Source: a virus
Length of the DNA: 14,132 bases
IMG/VR virus record: IMGVR_UViG_3300045988_079294
Direction: 5' to 3' (one strand)
Under the pieces are notes generated by a model. The model did not search any database, was not told the origin of the DNA, and worked only from the letters and a program-made list of their open reading frames with translations. The translations under genes were made by a program, and so were the position numbers. Shown piece after piece: positions 12,421-14,132 of the stretch (position 1 is its first letter; every line of letters begins with the position of its first letter).

Positions 12421-13638
12421 ATGAGCATTTTTAATAACTTCCCCGCGGTTGGCGCGGGCGGAGACACAAGCGACGCAACCGCAACCGCCGCCGACATTTT
12501 GCAGGGCAAGACTGCTTATGGCGCTGACGGCAAGATTACCGGTACAATCAAGAGCATAGCGGGTGGGCAGGTTGTGCCTAAGGCGGCAGGGCAGATAGCC
12601 GCAGCCGGTAACGTATACACGACCGGCGCACGTATCATTCCCAAAGAGGATAACTTCATTCCCGCCAATATCCGCAAAGATGTATCTATCTGGGGCGTGG
12701 TGGGAACACTCGACCCCGGCAGCACGCCCACACCAGACCCCAATCTGATTCCTGCCAACGTCAAGGCAGGCGTAACCATCAACGGCGTTACGGGCACGTT
12801 CACCAACGACGCGACAATTACGGCAGATTATATACTTGACGGCTTCAGCGGTTACGCACAGGGCGCTAAAATTACGGGCAATATTCCTAGCAAGGACACT
12901 GCCACATACACGCCCGGAACCGCCGACCAGTATATCAACGCTGAGCAGTATCTAAGCGGCTCGCAGAAGATCGCAGGTGATGCTAATCTTGTGGCCGGTA
13001 ACATCGCGCAGGGAAAAAGCATTTTTGGTGTAACCGGTACATACACCAACGATGCAAACGCGACCGCCGAAAGTATGCAGCTGGGCGTGAGCGCCTACGT
13101 CAAGGGCGCGCGCGTGGTTGGTACTGCGCCCATTCAAGCGGCTAAGACGGTAACGCCTACGACCACGGAGCAGACCGCCGTAGCAAGCGGGAGTTTTACC
13201 AGTGGGGCGGTTAAGGTGGCCGGAGATGCGAACCTAGTGGCCGAGAACATCAAGAGCGGCGTGAGCATTTTCGGAGTGGCAGGAGCCGCAGCGGCCGGAC
13301 AAAACATCGAAGGAAAATTTGTAACAGTGGACAGCACAGGCACTGGAAAAACGCTTTTAACTTGCACGTTCACCCCAAATTGGGCATTAATTGGCGGTTA
13401 TTTTAGCTACTCTGGGGGTAGCAGTGGCGCGCAGTATTACGCCAACGGAACTCTATCTAAATCAGGTTCATTCGGCGCACTTAGTTACATGAATATGAGC
13501 ATTTCAGGCTCGAATGTTGTAATTGATAAAGGCGGATTCATCGGTTCTGTTATCGCGGGAGACGGAGAGCCGCCTACATTCGACACGACACCGCTGTCTA
13601 CCAACGACGAGCCGGGAGAGCCTGACGAAACTATCTGA
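12421..13638 (+). CDS. Tail fibre / receptor-binding protein with internal repeat modules, 405 aa
   Basis: AAGGAGG RBS. Motif Y, DAxxTAxxILxGxxAYxxGxKITG, occurs at aa 18-41, 130-153 and 211-234. Motif X, (I/V)xxN(I/V)xxGVxIxGVxGT, occurs at aa 80-96, 110-126, 191-207 and 272-288. A distinct C-terminal domain follows, then an acidic Pro-rich tail. It is the last gene before the right ITR. Confidence 0.65.
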   Translation: MSIFNNFPAVGAGGDTSDATATAADILQGKTAYGADGKITGTIKSIAGGQVVPKAAGQIAAAGNVYTTGARIIPKEDNFIPANIRKDVSIWGVVGTLDPGSTPTPDPNLIPANVKAGVTINGVTGTFTNDATITADYILDGFSGYAQGAKITGNIPSKDTATYTPGTADQYINAEQYLSGSQKIAGDANLVAGNIAQGKSIFGVTGTYTNDANATAESMQLGVSAYVKGARVVGTAPIQAAKTVTPTTTEQTAVASGSFTSGAVKVAGDANLVAENIKSGVSIFGVAGAAAAGQNIEGKFVTVDSTGTGKTLLTCTFTPNWALIGGYFSYSGGSSGAQYYANGTLSKSGSFGALSYMNMSISGSNVVIDKGGFIGSVIAGDGEPPTFDTTPLSTNDEPGEPDETI

Positions 13639-13669
13639 AAAAATTCCTTAATTTATTTTCGCAAACCTC

Positions 13670-13698
13670 TTGACAGGAAATAAAATATATGATATACT
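13670..13698 (+). promoter_or_regulatory. Rightward sigma70/SigA-type promoter of the right ITR ORF
   Basis: TTGACA 13670-13675, a 17-nt spacer, TGaTATACT with the -10 at 13693-13698. TTTTCGCAAA (13656-13665) lies 4 nt upstream of the -35, matching TTTTCGAAAA at the left end. Confidence 0.75.
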
Positions 13699-13728
13699 TT
13701 AACCATCAAGAGAAGGGAGCGAAAAAAC

Positions 13729-13959
13729 ATGACTAGCAAATTCATTATGAACATAATTGAAAACGGCAAGCACGACTTCGGAGAGATCAGCTACACGACC
13801 AAGAAATATCGCTACGTTATCCGCCTTGAGTGCGAAGACAACCTCAATCCCATCTACAGCCTGTACCGCGTGGAGCGCCCTGACTACGGCAAGGGATCAC
13901 AATACTTCATGGATTACGTAGAGGACGTGACCGAGTACATGGAGGCTTACAATTGGTAA
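13729..13959 (+). CDS. ITR-encoded 76-aa protein of unknown function, right copy
   Basis: Identical to 174-404 (-). GGGAG RBS at 13715-13719. Confidence 0.7.
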   Translation: MTSKFIMNIIENGKHDFGEISYTTKKYRYVIRLECEDNLNPIYSLYRVERPDYGKGSQYFMDYVEDVTEYMEAYNW

Positions 13960-13968
13960 CACGATCAC

Positions 13969-13994
13969 GGGCGCAGGCACCGAGGCTTGCGCCC
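13969..13994 (+). terminator. GC-rich hairpin downstream of the right ITR ORF (weak terminator or 3'-end stabiliser)
   Basis: Pairs run from G13969-C13994 to C13978-G13985, giving a 10-bp stem with one G-U. It is followed by TTCACAT rather than a U tract. Confidence 0.3.
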
Positions 13995-14132
13995 TTCACA
14001 TGGCCGGGCGGTTAGAGAGCTTTAACAGGGCTGACGCTGAGATTGTTAGTTAATTAACAAACGCTTTAACGCTTTAGCGTGTTAAAGCAGCCCGTGGGAA
14101 GTTAGAGGTCTCTAACCGTATTAGGTTTTCGC

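Larger units (their letters stand above)
13684..14132. repeat. Right inverted terminal repeat (ITR-R), 449 bp
   Basis: Exact reverse complement of 1-449. The inner boundary falls inside the spacer of the ITR promoter: the -10 is inside the repeat and the -35 is just outside it. Confidence 0.95.

Noticed and set aside
1-14132. Searched for integrase, repressor/lysogeny module, tRNAs, reverse transcriptase/DGR elements near the fibre, toxin-antitoxin pairs and transposase
   Set aside because: No ORF or structure supporting any of these was seen. The RHH protein has no adjacent toxin-like partner, and the fibre repeats have no template repeat or reverse transcriptase.

Overview
The window appears to be a complete linear dsDNA genome (14,132 bp) of a very small phi29-like, protein-primed podophage. 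SD-type RBSs and a YvrJ-like holin suggest a Gram-positive (Bacillota) host. It is bounded by perfect 449-bp inverted terminal repeats: 1-449 is the exact reverse complement of 13684-14132. Each ITR holds a full promoter-RBS-ORF unit for an unknown 76-aa protein, transcribed outward toward the genome end, plus about 135 bp of terminal DNA with iterated palindromic motifs. All other genes lie on the + strand. In order they are: a consensus early promoter; three tiny coupled ORFs; a ribbon-helix-helix regulator; a candidate terminal protein; a family-B protein-primed DNA polymerase; a promoter, structured 165-nt leader, phi29-gp5-like SSB and strong terminator unit; a gp16-like packaging ATPase; a promoter with compound hairpin and T tract; a YvrJ-like holin; an NlpC/P60 endolysin; a repeat-containing scaffold-like protein; a gp8-like major capsid protein; a gp9-like tail knob; a tail lysozyme; a gp10-like portal; a lower collar; and two fibre proteins. 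Homology calls rest on catalytic motifs visible in the translations and on my memory of phi29 protein sequences. No database search was possible. The points most worth follow-up are the gene-bearing long ITRs, the terminal motif array, the triplicated promoter cassette with an embedded palindrome, and two promoter-proximal structured non-coding regions flanking the packaging ATPase. Either of those regions could be a regulatory RNA or a pRNA analogue.
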